Positions 1-12,868 of a stretch of 64,000 bases of DNA are shown here, piece after piece (position 1 is the stretch's first letter; each line of letters starts with the position of its first letter). A program made the translations under genes and the position numbers. The notes under the pieces were generated by a model. That model was not told the origin of the DNA. It searched no databases and worked only from the letters and a program-made list of their open reading frames with translations. This DNA is from Planctomycetota bacterium (GTDB taxonomy: Bacteria > Planctomycetota > UBA1135 > UBA2386): positions 544,001 through 608,000 of the forward strand of contig OZ245006.1 in NCBI GenBank assembly GCA_965223545.1. Direction: 5' to 3'.

Positions 1-8
1 AAGAGCCC

Positions 9-857
9 GTGATGGGGCTTGCTGCTCTACCCGTCATTGTCCTTCTCCTCGCCGTATCGAGAATCGGGACGTATAAGTATGCGACAGCAAACCGTCATTT
101 CGCCTACGAGCTGCATTTGCACAGGACCCTTCGATCGCAGGATGCAGAACGCGGATGGCAATCTCGGATGCGCACAATAGGCTGGGAAGAAGCTATGCGT
201 GCATGGCGTGTCGTCCAGGCAACTGCGTTTGACCACCTATTCTGGACCAAGCCCCTGATCCCGAACTGGCTCAAGCGAATTCACCGAATTGAGAGGAAAA
301 GAAAAGCGGAAACTGAAAAGAAATACTTCTGGTTCGAGCCAGACCAACTGATCAACCAACAGGCTTCGTATCATGCGGGAAGCTACCTAAAAACGATGCA
401 TACGGTGCTGCATTCACTTGTGTTGGCCTCGCTAATCCCTCCCATAGTAACCATGGTGCAGGTCTATCCAGACTTTGCTACCAAACCGTGGCAAGTCGCT
501 CTCGTTCTAACGGGATTTGTTGCGATCGTGATCTTTGTTGTGCTCCGAATGTGGAAGATCGCTACCCGCCGCAAAATGCTGGAAGGAGGATTCCTTAGCA
601 TTCATTCATGTGCGGTCATGTGGGAAGCGGTCGTTTTGGCTCACTACCGCGCGCTCGAGAAAGATGCTGAGGCGCAAAGTGTGTCTCGACATCCACACCA
701 AGACTATACTCGTCACCTTTCTGAGCAGGCGATATCACTTCGCAAGAACATCTACAACATCCATGACTGGGTTCGCGCAGCAACATCGGACTATCCCGAG
801 CGTGGATTCGAGATCGAGCCTCAGAAGAGAAAGCCGAAGCGAAAAGCGGACGCTTAG
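9..857 (+). CDS. Hypothetical membrane protein (about 3 hydrophobic segments), probably truncated at the 5' end by the window edge
   Basis: The frame is open back to the window edge. Hydrophobic stretches: ALPVIVLLLAV, LHSLVLASLIPPIVTMVQV, WQVALVLTGFVAIVIFVVL. Noticeably more AT-rich than the rest of the window. Confidence 0.7.
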   Translation: MMGLAALPVIVLLLAVSRIGTYKYATANRHFAYELHLHRTLRSQDAERGWQSRMRTIGWEEAMRAWRVVQATAFDHLFWTKPLIPNWLKRIHRIERKRKAETEKKYFWFEPDQLINQQASYHAGSYLKTMHTVLHSLVLASLIPPIVTMVQVYPDFATKPWQVALVLTGFVAIVIFVVLRMWKIATRRKMLEGGFLSIHSCAVMWEAVVLAHYRALEKDAEAQSVSRHPHQDYTRHLSEQAISLRKNIYNIHDWVRAATSDYPERGFEIEPQKRKPKRKADA

Positions 858-918
858 CACGGCCGGCTTGCGGGCCACGCCCGATTACTCTGTTGGTGAA
901 AGAACGAACTTTCCAAGG

Positions 919-1215
919 GCAAGCGTCCGGTGAAGGCATCTCGAAAGCCGCTGGCGGATCGACAGGATGCGGCGGATGACGAAGAGAACCCCCGTGTGGG
1001 CTCGTGCGGAGATGCGCGAGCTGCTTCAAGAGCTGGACACCTCAGGCGTGACGGTCGCCGAGTTCGCGCGCCGCGCGCCGGCGTGGTGTCAACGCAAACC
1101 GCATCTACTGGGCAAGGCGGCAAGCCCGAGCTGTGGCGGCGCCTACGTCCGCGCCGGTGGTGTCGAACTTCGGGGAGCTGGTGGTCGCCGCAGACTGGAC
1201 ACACGCTGCCTCTGA
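919..1215 (+). mobile_element. IS66-family remnant: left-IR-like end and a degenerate TnpA accessory-protein fragment
   Basis: gcaagcgtccggtgaaggc at 919 resembles IS66-type ends (GTAAGCGTCC...). The following peptide EMRELLQELDTSGVTVAEFARR resembles the TnpA N-terminal HTH pattern, then drifts out of frame. No TnpB/TnpC follows. Confidence 0.5.
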
Positions 1216-1446
1216 CGCGGAATACCGTCTCCCTCTACTTGGCCGAGCGACGACAGCCGGAGGTATGTGGCGGCTTTCTCTGCCTTCTTGAAGGCTAACT
1301 CCCGGTAGTAACGAGGAAGCGGGCCAGAACTGTCGCCGCTTCCCAAGAAGCGTTGACGGTCGCCCCGACAGTGATACCACGCGATCAGGGCGTGGGCTTG
1401 GGTCCGAAGGAGACTTGAGGCCGGACGGCCGAGACGAGCAGTATCG

Positions 1447-2697
1447 CTACCGCCGTCTGGGCGGCGAGTCGCTATCGGCTCTGCGCTGATCGAACAGGTC
1501 TTGCTGGACCGTGGTCCCGGTGCCACCCGAGGACGATTCGCCTCTCGGAGCATGAGAAACTGGCTGCACGATCACCGAAACCCCCGGCAGGACCTCGATT
1601 GAACTCGCGTGATGCTTCGAGTCCTCCGATGCCACTCGACCCGTCATCCGATACTCCTCAAAGTTCGAATCACAGTCCGGGTAGTCATCCAGTGACACCT
1701 TACGCTGTAGCTCCCTGAGCAGCAGGTGGCGGAGCGGACCTTGGTCGGCGAGGACGAACTTCCCATGCAGCCCCGCCAGCAGGCCATACCATGGAAGCGT
1801 CTGATACAACGCCGACGGCATGACCAAGTGAGCATGATCGAAGCTGCCTGGGCTGACTCGACTCAGCAGATAGGCCCCGATGAACGCCGTCGCCAGACTT
1901 GGCCTCACGCCCCTAAGCGCGTCCAGAGCACGTTCAACATAGGCGACCCGGGACTCTCTGGAACCGGCTGTGTCGCGGTGAGCGTGCCGAAGCCAGTCAT
2001 GCCCTTCCGTCAGACGCTCCCAGGTCGATCCGGACACCTCCCCACGGCGACTCACCTCTTGGCACGCAGTTCGGATCCCAGGATCAACCGGCGCGTCCAG
2101 TGGAATACCCTTCGGTAGAAGTCCAGCGATCGCAGCCCACGGAGCGAGCAACGGCTCGGCGATGCGCCCTGAGGCGTCCGACCGCCGCCGCGTTTGCCGC
2201 CACGCTTCGCTCACCCTCGCAGCCGGAAACGCTGCCCCATAGACCGCGATACCTCGCGCTATCGCGAATGCATGGGTCGCACGATGCGCGAGAAAAGACA
2301 ATCGAACCCGATCACTTCCGGGACCGGCGAGCATTCTCAGCTCGCCGAGGACAAGCCCTATGCAGGCATTCTGTGCTGCGCCGAGCCCCGGAAAACCGGC
2401 CGCACCCTGACTGAGGGCCGCGTCACTTGATGAGATGACCCGACAGAACGCGGAGAGTGGTCTTGCTCCGCCGACATAGGTGCTCGACCACGCCAAAAAA
2501 TCCGTCAGCCACTCATCCTGGACCACGATGGCAGCGGGCCATTCGAAGTGCTTCTTCGGTGAAACGCCCCAATAAATGCCAGCCAGATCACCAGAGACGG
2601 GCTCAAGCTTGCTGGTTCGACGAAGCTCAAGGTCGCCGATTTCGCGATCCTCCAGGACATCGACGAGTCGGCGGCGATTCAGTTCTGCCACCCACAT
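1447..2697 (-). CDS. Hypothetical protein (~416 aa), third gene of the kinase-helicase operon
   Basis: The ATG at 2697 (MWVAELNRRRLVDVL...) overlaps the helicase TGA (TGATG coupling), so the longer 2907 start is unlikely. No motif recognised. Confidence 0.75.
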   Translation of the reverse strand: MWVAELNRRRLVDVLEDREIGDLELRRTSKLEPVSGDLAGIYWGVSPKKHFEWPAAIVVQDEWLTDFLAWSSTYVGGARPLSAFCRVISSSDAALSQGAAGFPGLGAAQNACIGLVLGELRMLAGPGSDRVRLSFLAHRATHAFAIARGIAVYGAAFPAARVSEAWRQTRRRSDASGRIAEPLLAPWAAIAGLLPKGIPLDAPVDPGIRTACQEVSRRGEVSGSTWERLTEGHDWLRHAHRDTAGSRESRVAYVERALDALRGVRPSLATAFIGAYLLSRVSPGSFDHAHLVMPSALYQTLPWYGLLAGLHGKFVLADQGPLRHLLLRELQRKVSLDDYPDCDSNFEEYRMTGRVASEDSKHHASSIEVLPGVSVIVQPVSHAPRGESSSGGTGTTVQQDLFDQRRADSDSPPRRR

Positions 2698-3866
2698 CAG
2701 GACAGACCTCCGCCGAAGACGTCGTCCAGACTCGGCGGCTTCCGGTCTGGATTTGCAACTCGCCCAACGGCTTCTCCGAAGAACCCTATCAAGGAGCCGG
2801 AGTGGTAGATCGAGAGGGTCGATTGCGCCCTCGTCACAGCAGTAAATGCGGCATTTCGGGGCATCGGTATCCCCCGAAGGGTCTCCGCAAGCGGCATGTG
2901 AAGACAACGAAACTCACAACCCTTGGCGGAGTGGATCGTCGCCACGTAGACCTGCTTGCCAGACTCGAACGAGATATGGCTATCTTCGTCCTGCGACGAA
3001 ACCTGACCTGCGAAGGCAGATGCTTCAAGCGCAGTCCGAACCTCCGCCAGAGACTGCTTCTTCGGCAGGAGGACACCGATGATCTCTCCTGGATACGCTC
3101 GAATCTGCAACTCGATTCGAGCCACCATGGCCGCCAACTGCTCTTGGGAAGTTGCCATCTTCTCCAAGTGCAACTCGCTCGGGTTCTCCTTCTCGTCGTA
3201 GTTCGAGCAATCAACAAGTGGCGGGAAGCTACCCGCGACCTTTGCCAATCCATCCGCGACTGCGCAGATCTTCCGACCGCAGCGATGGTGATGCTGAAGT
3301 TCGGACACGGAGGGCGTCAAACTCCGCAGATCCTCGTCAGTCGCGTTGCCTTGGTAGATCTGTTGTCGGGAGTCAGCGACAAAGAACAGCCTCTCCGCCA
3401 GACGCTTGAAGAGCGCAAGCTCTTCCGGTCTGTAGTCCTGCGCTTCGTCTACCAAGATCGCGCTATACGAATCCTCCAGGTTCCGAGCAGCCACAAGCTC
3501 TTCGAGCTGGCCCAGGAGCTTGCGCCGTGACTCATCGAAGCTGTCCTTGTCGGTGCTGTTCGGGGTCACGCCGTGCTCAGCGAGGAACTTCCTTTGCCAG
3601 TAGCCGTAGGTCTGGACCTTGTCAGCGGGAAACTGATATCGGTCACCGCCGTAGGAAATGAATTCCTTCAAGGTCCGAGTGAACGTGAGAATCAGTATGT
3701 TCTCTCGACCTGCGAGGAACAGATAGTTCGCTCTCAGCACCAGGAGATTGGTCTTCCCCGAGCCTGGAGGACCAAGCACAAGGTGGTCTCCGTCAACCGG
3801 AAGGGCGATCACTTGGCGCTGCTCGTCAATCAGCTCCGACTTTCCGACCCACCAAGACCCCTTCAT
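2697..3866 (-). CDS. Compact superfamily-1 (UvrD/Rep-like) helicase/ATPase
   Basis: Motifs: EQRQVI (Q), GPPGSGKT (Walker A), LTFTRTL (Ia), VDEAQD (II), ADSRQQIY (III), TIHSAKGCEF (V), AFTAVTRA (VI). Only 389 aa. Confidence 0.9.
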   Translation of the reverse strand: MKGSWWVGKSELIDEQRQVIALPVDGDHLVLGPPGSGKTNLLVLRANYLFLAGRENILILTFTRTLKEFISYGGDRYQFPADKVQTYGYWQRKFLAEHGVTPNSTDKDSFDESRRKLLGQLEELVAARNLEDSYSAILVDEAQDYRPEELALFKRLAERLFFVADSRQQIYQGNATDEDLRSLTPSVSELQHHHRCGRKICAVADGLAKVAGSFPPLVDCSNYDEKENPSELHLEKMATSQEQLAAMVARIELQIRAYPGEIIGVLLPKKQSLAEVRTALEASAFAGQVSSQDEDSHISFESGKQVYVATIHSAKGCEFRCLHMPLAETLRGIPMPRNAAFTAVTRAQSTLSIYHSGSLIGFFGEAVGRVANPDRKPPSLDDVFGGGLS

Positions 3867-5219
3867 CTACGCTTCCTCCCCGTCGGTTTGTAGGAACGGC
3901 GTGAGTTCGCCTTCTTGGGTCTGTGCCGCGTCGATCGTGAGCAGGACACGGTGGAACATCTCCTGCGATAGCGCGCTCGGATCAACCGGACTCGCGAACT
4001 GGATACCAACTCCACTGCCTTCTGCCGAATCGCTTCGTGATGCCGAGGCAGTCACGGTCGCCACCTCGTCGGACGACGGATCCGCCTCCAGGCAGAATCG
4101 AACAGTGATCTTGAACGGAATCCTGTGGACCTCGGAAGCCGCCAAGTCGAGTTCGATCCGAAAGCGTGCTTCGGACTCGCGAGATTGACGAATCACGATG
4201 GGAGGAATCGACGACTCCGCTGTGCACAGATCTTGGAGCCTGGCCTTCGCGTGCGCGACCGACCGCTCGAATCCTGCCTGCGACCCATAGCTCGGCTGCG
4301 GCTCCGCCACACCTGAAACCCGACTGCGAATCCGCTGCCGCAGTCGCTCCGTTGAGGGGATGGTGTCGCGATCTCTTCGAGAGAAATCTGACCACGACAC
4401 CAGTTGCAGGCGCTGCTCCGGGTCTTTCAGGAGGCAGTTGCGAGCGACCTTGACGAGTCCCGGGTCAAGACCCTCTGGGAACGTAGGAACCACTGTCCTC
4501 ACAGCCTCTACCATCTTCGCGTAAGGGCTGAACTCACCGAACAGCGGCTTCCGAACGAGCAGGTCGTGGAGCAACGCGCCAAGCTGATAGAATGTCAGGG
4601 CAAGACCGCCACGGGGAGTGTCTTGCTCCTCACGCACCAGAAACTCGGGCGAGCTGTATTGAAGCGTGCCGATGAAGTCATCGCGACTCGTCGAGGGATC
4701 GGCATCAAGGATCCGAATGACGCCCAGGTCGAGGAGAACCGCTTGCGAGTAGTCCGGGCTGAGGACGACGTTGGCTGGTTTGATGTCTCGGTGAACAATC
4801 CCCCGGTCGTGCAGGAAGGCTGCGGCAGACGCTACCTGCTCAATGAGTGCCGGGACGGACTCAACCGGCACTTCGCTCAGTGATCGCTGGACGTTGGTCC
4901 AGCCCTCAAGCAGCTCGGTCACGACGTAGAGGTGATTTGTCGCCCCACACTCCCCACCATCCAGCACTCGGATGAGGTTCGGGTGAGACTCCCCGACAAG
5001 CGTCAGTTCTCGTTGGATACGGTCGAGCTGCTGACCCCTCCCGTATTCCTCCACCAGCTCCGGTTCGAAGATCTTCAACGCGGCCTGCTCACCAGCGTCG
5101 TTGGTGGCTACGAAGACGGCGGCAGACTTTCCGTTGTCGAGATACCCGGTTATCTTCCAGCCACCAACTGGAGCACCTTGCAGTTCGGCCTGGAGTGCTA
5201 TTGCTCGCGCTTCGTTCAT
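3867..5219 (-). CDS. Soluble Hanks-type Ser/Thr protein kinase with an unknown C-terminal domain
   Basis: GYLDNGKSAAVF Gly-loop, AALKIF, HRDIKPANV, DLG, GTLQYSSPE. No TM segment. Its stop directly abuts the helicase ATG. Confidence 0.9.
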   Translation of the reverse strand: MNEARAIALQAELQGAPVGGWKITGYLDNGKSAAVFVATNDAGEQAALKIFEPELVEEYGRGQQLDRIQRELTLVGESHPNLIRVLDGGECGATNHLYVVTELLEGWTNVQRSLSEVPVESVPALIEQVASAAAFLHDRGIVHRDIKPANVVLSPDYSQAVLLDLGVIRILDADPSTSRDDFIGTLQYSSPEFLVREEQDTPRGGLALTFYQLGALLHDLLVRKPLFGEFSPYAKMVEAVRTVVPTFPEGLDPGLVKVARNCLLKDPEQRLQLVSWSDFSRRDRDTIPSTERLRQRIRSRVSGVAEPQPSYGSQAGFERSVAHAKARLQDLCTAESSIPPIVIRQSRESEARFRIELDLAASEVHRIPFKITVRFCLEADPSSDEVATVTASASRSDSAEGSGVGIQFASPVDPSALSQEMFHRVLLTIDAAQTQEGELTPFLQTDGEEA

Positions 5220-5784
5220 CGTGAGTCCAACCGAAGTCGGTGGACGAGACTGCCCACCGTGCAGGATGGGCGCGGAAGATTCGACATCGTTCCACCGGAT
5301 CAGAACTGCGTTTCCAGGCGCGCAGGGCCATGGACTTCGACACCTGGTGGTTGGCGCTTGACGCCGGGTGGCACTTCAGCAGTCCGCGAGAGACCCAGCA
5401 AGACCGACGCTCAAGAACCCGGACATTCTCGCCGACTCCATCCGTGCCACCCGAGAGCACCCGAGGCCGCAACCTCTTGCGTTGTCGAGATTTCGCGGAG
5501 CCACCGGCAACGGAACGCCGCCCGCTTCTCCGGCTCCACGGCGGCCCTACTCACCCCTGGGTGCGGCAAGAGCGAGAACCCGGCGACTACGACGTGGGGG
5601 CGATGCGGCCGGTCGCCGCGACAGTCCAAACTTTGATTCTCGCCTGGCTCAAGAGTCAGGTTCATGCGATCGCCTGAGGGCGAACTGGCGGTCGGTCCGC
5701 GAGGGCGAAAACGGGCGAAGGATTTCTCCCAGAAGTGCACCCAGGTGCTCTCGGAAGCGCCCGACTGAAACCTCGTGCACCGGC

Positions 5785-5813
5785 TTGCAACCGTCCCCAA
5801 GCGGCCGTAGCTT
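5785..5813 (+). promoter_or_regulatory. Putative sigma70-type promoter of the tRNA
   Basis: TTGCAA (5785-5790), 17 nt spacer, TAGCTT (5808-5813), about 60 nt upstream of the tRNA. Confidence 0.4.
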
Positions 5814-5874
5814 GCGCTCCGCTCGGCGCTTCAGGGCGCTTGAGCCGCTTCAGCGGGTCTCCCTGCGAAGTCGT

Positions 5875-5950
<76 letters not shown>

Positions 5951-6280
5951 TTCCCCGAACTCAGGAGCGCGCGATCCGGTTCTCGTGAGTCCTCTCGCCC
6001 GCCCGTGGTGCCTTCCGCGTTGGTGAGCCCCGACGCCCCGTGACGTCGAGCGGCCCAGGACTGGGCCGTCCATTGCTCCCTACCGTTGGGGTCAGTGCCC
6101 GCGGAGCGGCATTCCAATCGTCGGGCCGTCCTCTTCGAAAGTAGCGGCACCGTACGCTTCACGAATACACCGCACGCACATACCGGTCGGCGCTCGATCC
6201 CACCCGCCCCACCGGATACCTGCCTCTTGACTTCGCCTGCCCAGGGCGCCGCCACACAAACGCTACGGTATCCTGCCGCC

Positions 6281-8140
6281 ATGCGCCTTCAGTCCGCGAC
6301 GCTTTGGCACCTCGCCACCGTATGCCCCCTGACTGCGCTCCCCGCGCAGGGCCTCGACGTTGTCGACACCTTTGGCCGAAGCGCACTCTCCCCAGGCCTC
6401 GTGGTGGTCGACTGGGAAGGGCACATCGCCAACCCACTGGTGCGGATCCAGGTGGTGCCTCCGGCGACTGCGACCTTCCCGGCTACGGCGACGGTGACCG
6501 CTGATCACCAGCGCCTCTACTTCAACCGACCGTCGACCGTTGGCGCGAACGGTCCGGGAAAGACGCTTTCGTTCTCGGACGCTACGCCGCGCTCCCTGCA
6601 AATCGCGATCTTCCCCGACCGGGATGCCGTCGACGAAAACTACAACCTGCATGTCGACTTCCGTGACGCGACCGGCGCGGCGGCGATGGCAGACGTGACG
6701 CTGCACGTCCTCGACCAGGACCTGGCACGAGGCCACGAGGTCGACGTGACCTTCGACTACTCCGAGGACAAGAGCGGGTTCTTCGGCACGACCGAGCGGG
6801 GCATTACCGAGACCGCGGTGCGAGAATGGACCTACTTCCTCGCAGATCCCGGCCTCGATCCCGTGGCGGTTGGTGCCGAGCGCCACTTCGTCTGGAATTG
6901 GCCGCTCGCCTGGACCGGGGGTGGCACCACCACCGTGTGGAACTCCGTCCCCTACACCGGATTTCACCTGTGGGTCTACGGCATCGCAACGCCGCAACTG
7001 CGGTCTGGCGGTGAGCCGTCGAACTGCTGTCTGCAGTCCGTCAACGGCGCACCACTGTCAATACGCCGCTCTGGCGGCGTCGAGATCGAGACCCAGGGCA
7101 ACTACAACCGCCTGGGTTGGTTTCGCACCGCCAGCGCCGACGACTGGTGGGTCAGCGGCAACCTCGGCAACGAACCCAACGATCTGTTCTCGATCGCCCA
7201 CCACGAGTTCGGCCACGCGCTGGGGTTCGACGCACGGTACCCGCTGTTCGGCGCGGCAAAGACCAGCGGTAGCCTGAGCAGCCCCGCGATCGTGGCCTAC
7301 TATGGCGGCGCGGTACGGATCGACGCGAGCAGCCACTTCGCCGGGGCAGTGGATCCGGCGAGTGGGCGGGGCGTGTTCGGCAACGAGTATCGTGGCCGGG
7401 TGCCGGCGCGCCGCTGGCTACCGACCAAGCTCGACTTGCTGATGCTCGAGGCCGTGGGCCACACGCTGCGCCCGACCACGCCACTCGCCCCGCTGGTAGG
7501 CACCGCGGCGGCGCTGCCGCAGGGGGCAGTCGGGATCGCCTACCGCTCGACCGTGCAGGCCACCGGAGGCGTCCCGGCCTACGACTTCACGATCGATACC
7601 GGAGCGTTGCCGCCGGGTCTGACGCTCGATCGGTTTGCGGGCATCATTGGCGGCACCCCCACCGCGGCCGGGAGCTTCGCCTTTTCGGTCCGGATCGCCG
7701 ACAGCGGAACCGAGCCCGACCAGCTGGTCAGCGGGCGCATCGACGTCATCACACCACAGTGCCAAGCCGCTTGGACTACCTACGGTGCGGGCACACCCGG
7801 CACGCTGGGCATCCCCACGGTGAACTTGGTCGGTCTCCCACAGCTGGGCCAACCCGTCACGCTCCAGTACGGCAACTCGGCCGGCACCACCACCCAAGGC
7901 GCGCTGCTGTTGGGTACCCAACGGACGACCACCGCTCTGCTCGGCGGAACGCTGCTCGTGCCGCCCTTGACCACTTTGCCAATCCCCGTACCGGTGCCGG
8001 GCGGCGGCGTGGTGCTGACGGTGCCGGGTGACCCGATGTTCGACTGCAGCCGCGTGATGCTGCAGGTCGTCGAGCTCGACCCCGGCGCCACGCAGGGCGT
8101 GTCGTTCAGCCGCGGCGTTGAGCTCACGCTCGGCCAGTAG
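6281..8140 (+). CDS. Secreted zinc metallopeptidase-like protein with a putative Ig (He_PIG-like) domain and a C-terminal beta-rich domain
   Basis: Signal-like N-terminus from ATG 6281 (MRLQSATLWHL...LPAQ). HEFGHALG zinc motif. LPQGAVGIAY...GALPPGLTLD...GTPTAAGSFAFSVRIADS Ig repeat. Confidence 0.8.
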   Translation: MRLQSATLWHLATVCPLTALPAQGLDVVDTFGRSALSPGLVVVDWEGHIANPLVRIQVVPPATATFPATATVTADHQRLYFNRPSTVGANGPGKTLSFSDATPRSLQIAIFPDRDAVDENYNLHVDFRDATGAAAMADVTLHVLDQDLARGHEVDVTFDYSEDKSGFFGTTERGITETAVREWTYFLADPGLDPVAVGAERHFVWNWPLAWTGGGTTTVWNSVPYTGFHLWVYGIATPQLRSGGEPSNCCLQSVNGAPLSIRRSGGVEIETQGNYNRLGWFRTASADDWWVSGNLGNEPNDLFSIAHHEFGHALGFDARYPLFGAAKTSGSLSSPAIVAYYGGAVRIDASSHFAGAVDPASGRGVFGNEYRGRVPARRWLPTKLDLLMLEAVGHTLRPTTPLAPLVGTAAALPQGAVGIAYRSTVQATGGVPAYDFTIDTGALPPGLTLDRFAGIIGGTPTAAGSFAFSVRIADSGTEPDQLVSGRIDVITPQCQAAWTTYGAGTPGTLGIPTVNLVGLPQLGQPVTLQYGNSAGTTTQGALLLGTQRTTTALLGGTLLVPPLTTLPIPVPVPGGGVVLTVPGDPMFDCSRVMLQVVELDPGATQGVSFSRGVELTLGQ

Positions 8141-8149
8141 CGGCGCACA

Positions 8150-8780
8150 GCGATGACGCCGCGCCTTCCTTGTGCTCACTTTGTTGCAGGACGACTGCCT
8201 GCGAAGACAGCCCGACCGACTGGTGACGCTGGGTCCGGGCGCCGAATATCTCCGCGACGGTGGCCGCGACCCGCGGGCCCCGGTGCGGCTTGAGCTTGTC
8301 CTCCGGCAGGCCGGGCCCCTCGCCGTCGATCGCCTTCACCATCGCGCGGCAGATCGCAGTGCCCTACGACTCGTCCTCGCCGACGTACTCGCGCCCCGAT
8401 GCCCCCCGCACGACGAACCTGGGCGGCCACTGCGATTCGTCGCGGGTGGTCGTACCGGGATGCCGCTGCTCCATGACCAACGCCACGCCCGGGGCGGCGG
8501 GCGGATTCTCCGAGAACCTGGAGAGAGCGCTCGACTGACGTGACGCGCTACAGCTCGACGCGCGTGATCAGGTTCCAGGCTGCCGCGCGCGTTATCCGCA
8601 CAAGCCGACGGTGCCAAGCCTCCGGTTCGCAAGACCGATCATCACGAGGTCGGCGTCCGTCAACGAGTCCTTGTCGCCCTGCTGCTGTCGGTCAGTCTCC
8701 GCGAGCGTGTCGCCTCGGCGTTCCTTCGTCCGTTTGAGGCGCGCACCAGAGTCACGGCCACAGGGCGGAACTCTGAGACC
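8150..8780 (-). pseudogene. Degraded gene fragment, possibly a phage ABA-sandwich-like protein
   Basis: Minus-strand protein-like fragments (RITRAAAWNLITRVEL*, ...EYVGEDES*GTAICRAMVKAI) broken by TAG at 8548-8550 and 8364-8366 and by frameshifts. The family resemblance is from memory only. Confidence 0.3.
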
Positions 8781-8815
8781 ATGGCCCGGGGGCCGCGCCT
8801 TGCGCAGCAACCGCC

Positions 8816-9514
8816 TCACTCGCGGCCTTCGAGCCGCGCCAGCAGCGCGAGGCTGGCTCGGCTGACGAGATTGCGAACCGAGTCCACGGTGCGGCCCATG
8901 CGCTCGGCGATCTCTGCTTGACTCAGGCCAACGATGCGCGCGAGCAGCAGTGCTTCGCGCTGGGCCTCGGGCAGACCGTCCATCGCCGCTTCGATGCGCT
9001 GCGCCTCTTCGTCGGCGATCGCGTTCTGGCTCGGGCTCGGCTCGAAGCTGCAAAGGCTCACGTAGATCCCGACCGAGGTCCGCCCCTGCCCAGCGCGCAC
9101 CTCGCGCCCGGGGTCGCGCCGCTGCGCGCGGTGAAACTCGCCTTTCTGCCGGACCTTGTTGAGCGCGGCCGTGAACAGCCAGGCGCGGAAACTCCCGGCC
9201 CCGCGGAACTCGAACTTCGGCAGATCCTCGAGGACTTCGCGGCAGATCGACTGCACGAGGTCCGACCCCGACTCGCGCAGCCGGAGGCGCGCATCGCTCT
9301 GCAGCCGGACGAATGCGCGCAGGTCGTCGAGGTGCTCACCAATGAGCTCATCGATGGCCCCGGGCCGCTGCTGCTGTGCGGCAACGAGCAACATCTCGGT
9401 GCGGTCGTCGGATCGGCCGGTCCGCGGAGAGTCTTGCACGCGAAGATTGTAATGTAGCCGAGCACGCTCCGACTCTCGTCTGTTGGAGTCCACCCAGCTC
9501 CGCACGCAAGGCAT
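8816..9514 (-). CDS. ECF-type RNA polymerase sigma factor (true start may be further downstream)
   Basis: Region 2: DLVQSICREVL...SFRAWLFTAALNKVR. Region 4: LPEAQREALLLARIVGLSQAEIAERMGRTVDSVRNLVSRA. Confidence 0.92.
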   Translation of the reverse strand: MPCVRSWVDSNRRESERARLHYNLRVQDSPRTGRSDDRTEMLLVAAQQQRPGAIDELIGEHLDDLRAFVRLQSDARLRLRESGSDLVQSICREVLEDLPKFEFRGAGSFRAWLFTAALNKVRQKGEFHRAQRRDPGREVRAGQGRTSVGIYVSLCSFEPSPSQNAIADEEAQRIEAAMDGLPEAQREALLLARIVGLSQAEIAERMGRTVDSVRNLVSRASLALLARLEGRE

Positions 9515-9546
9515 CGAAGGCGCCCTGACGTATCCTGCTCATCGCG

Positions 9547-12813
<3,267 letters not shown>

Positions 12814-12868
12814 GTCCGGATTCCGAGAATCCGCGAGAGGACCGACGGCGGCTCCGACTCTCGCCCGA

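Noticed and set aside
2698..2907. Extended N-termini from the ORF track (2907, 6086, 15852, 18079, 25458, 30558, 39651, 45460, 48851, 49861)
   Set aside because: They overlap neighbouring genes or regulatory elements, or lack RBS, coupling or signal-peptide support. Downstream starts were used instead.
5330..5680. Possible small or frameshifted gene between the kinase and the tRNA
   Set aside because: Fragments look protein-like (MDFDTWW..., TVQTLILAWLKSQ), but I cannot support a consistent frame or family.
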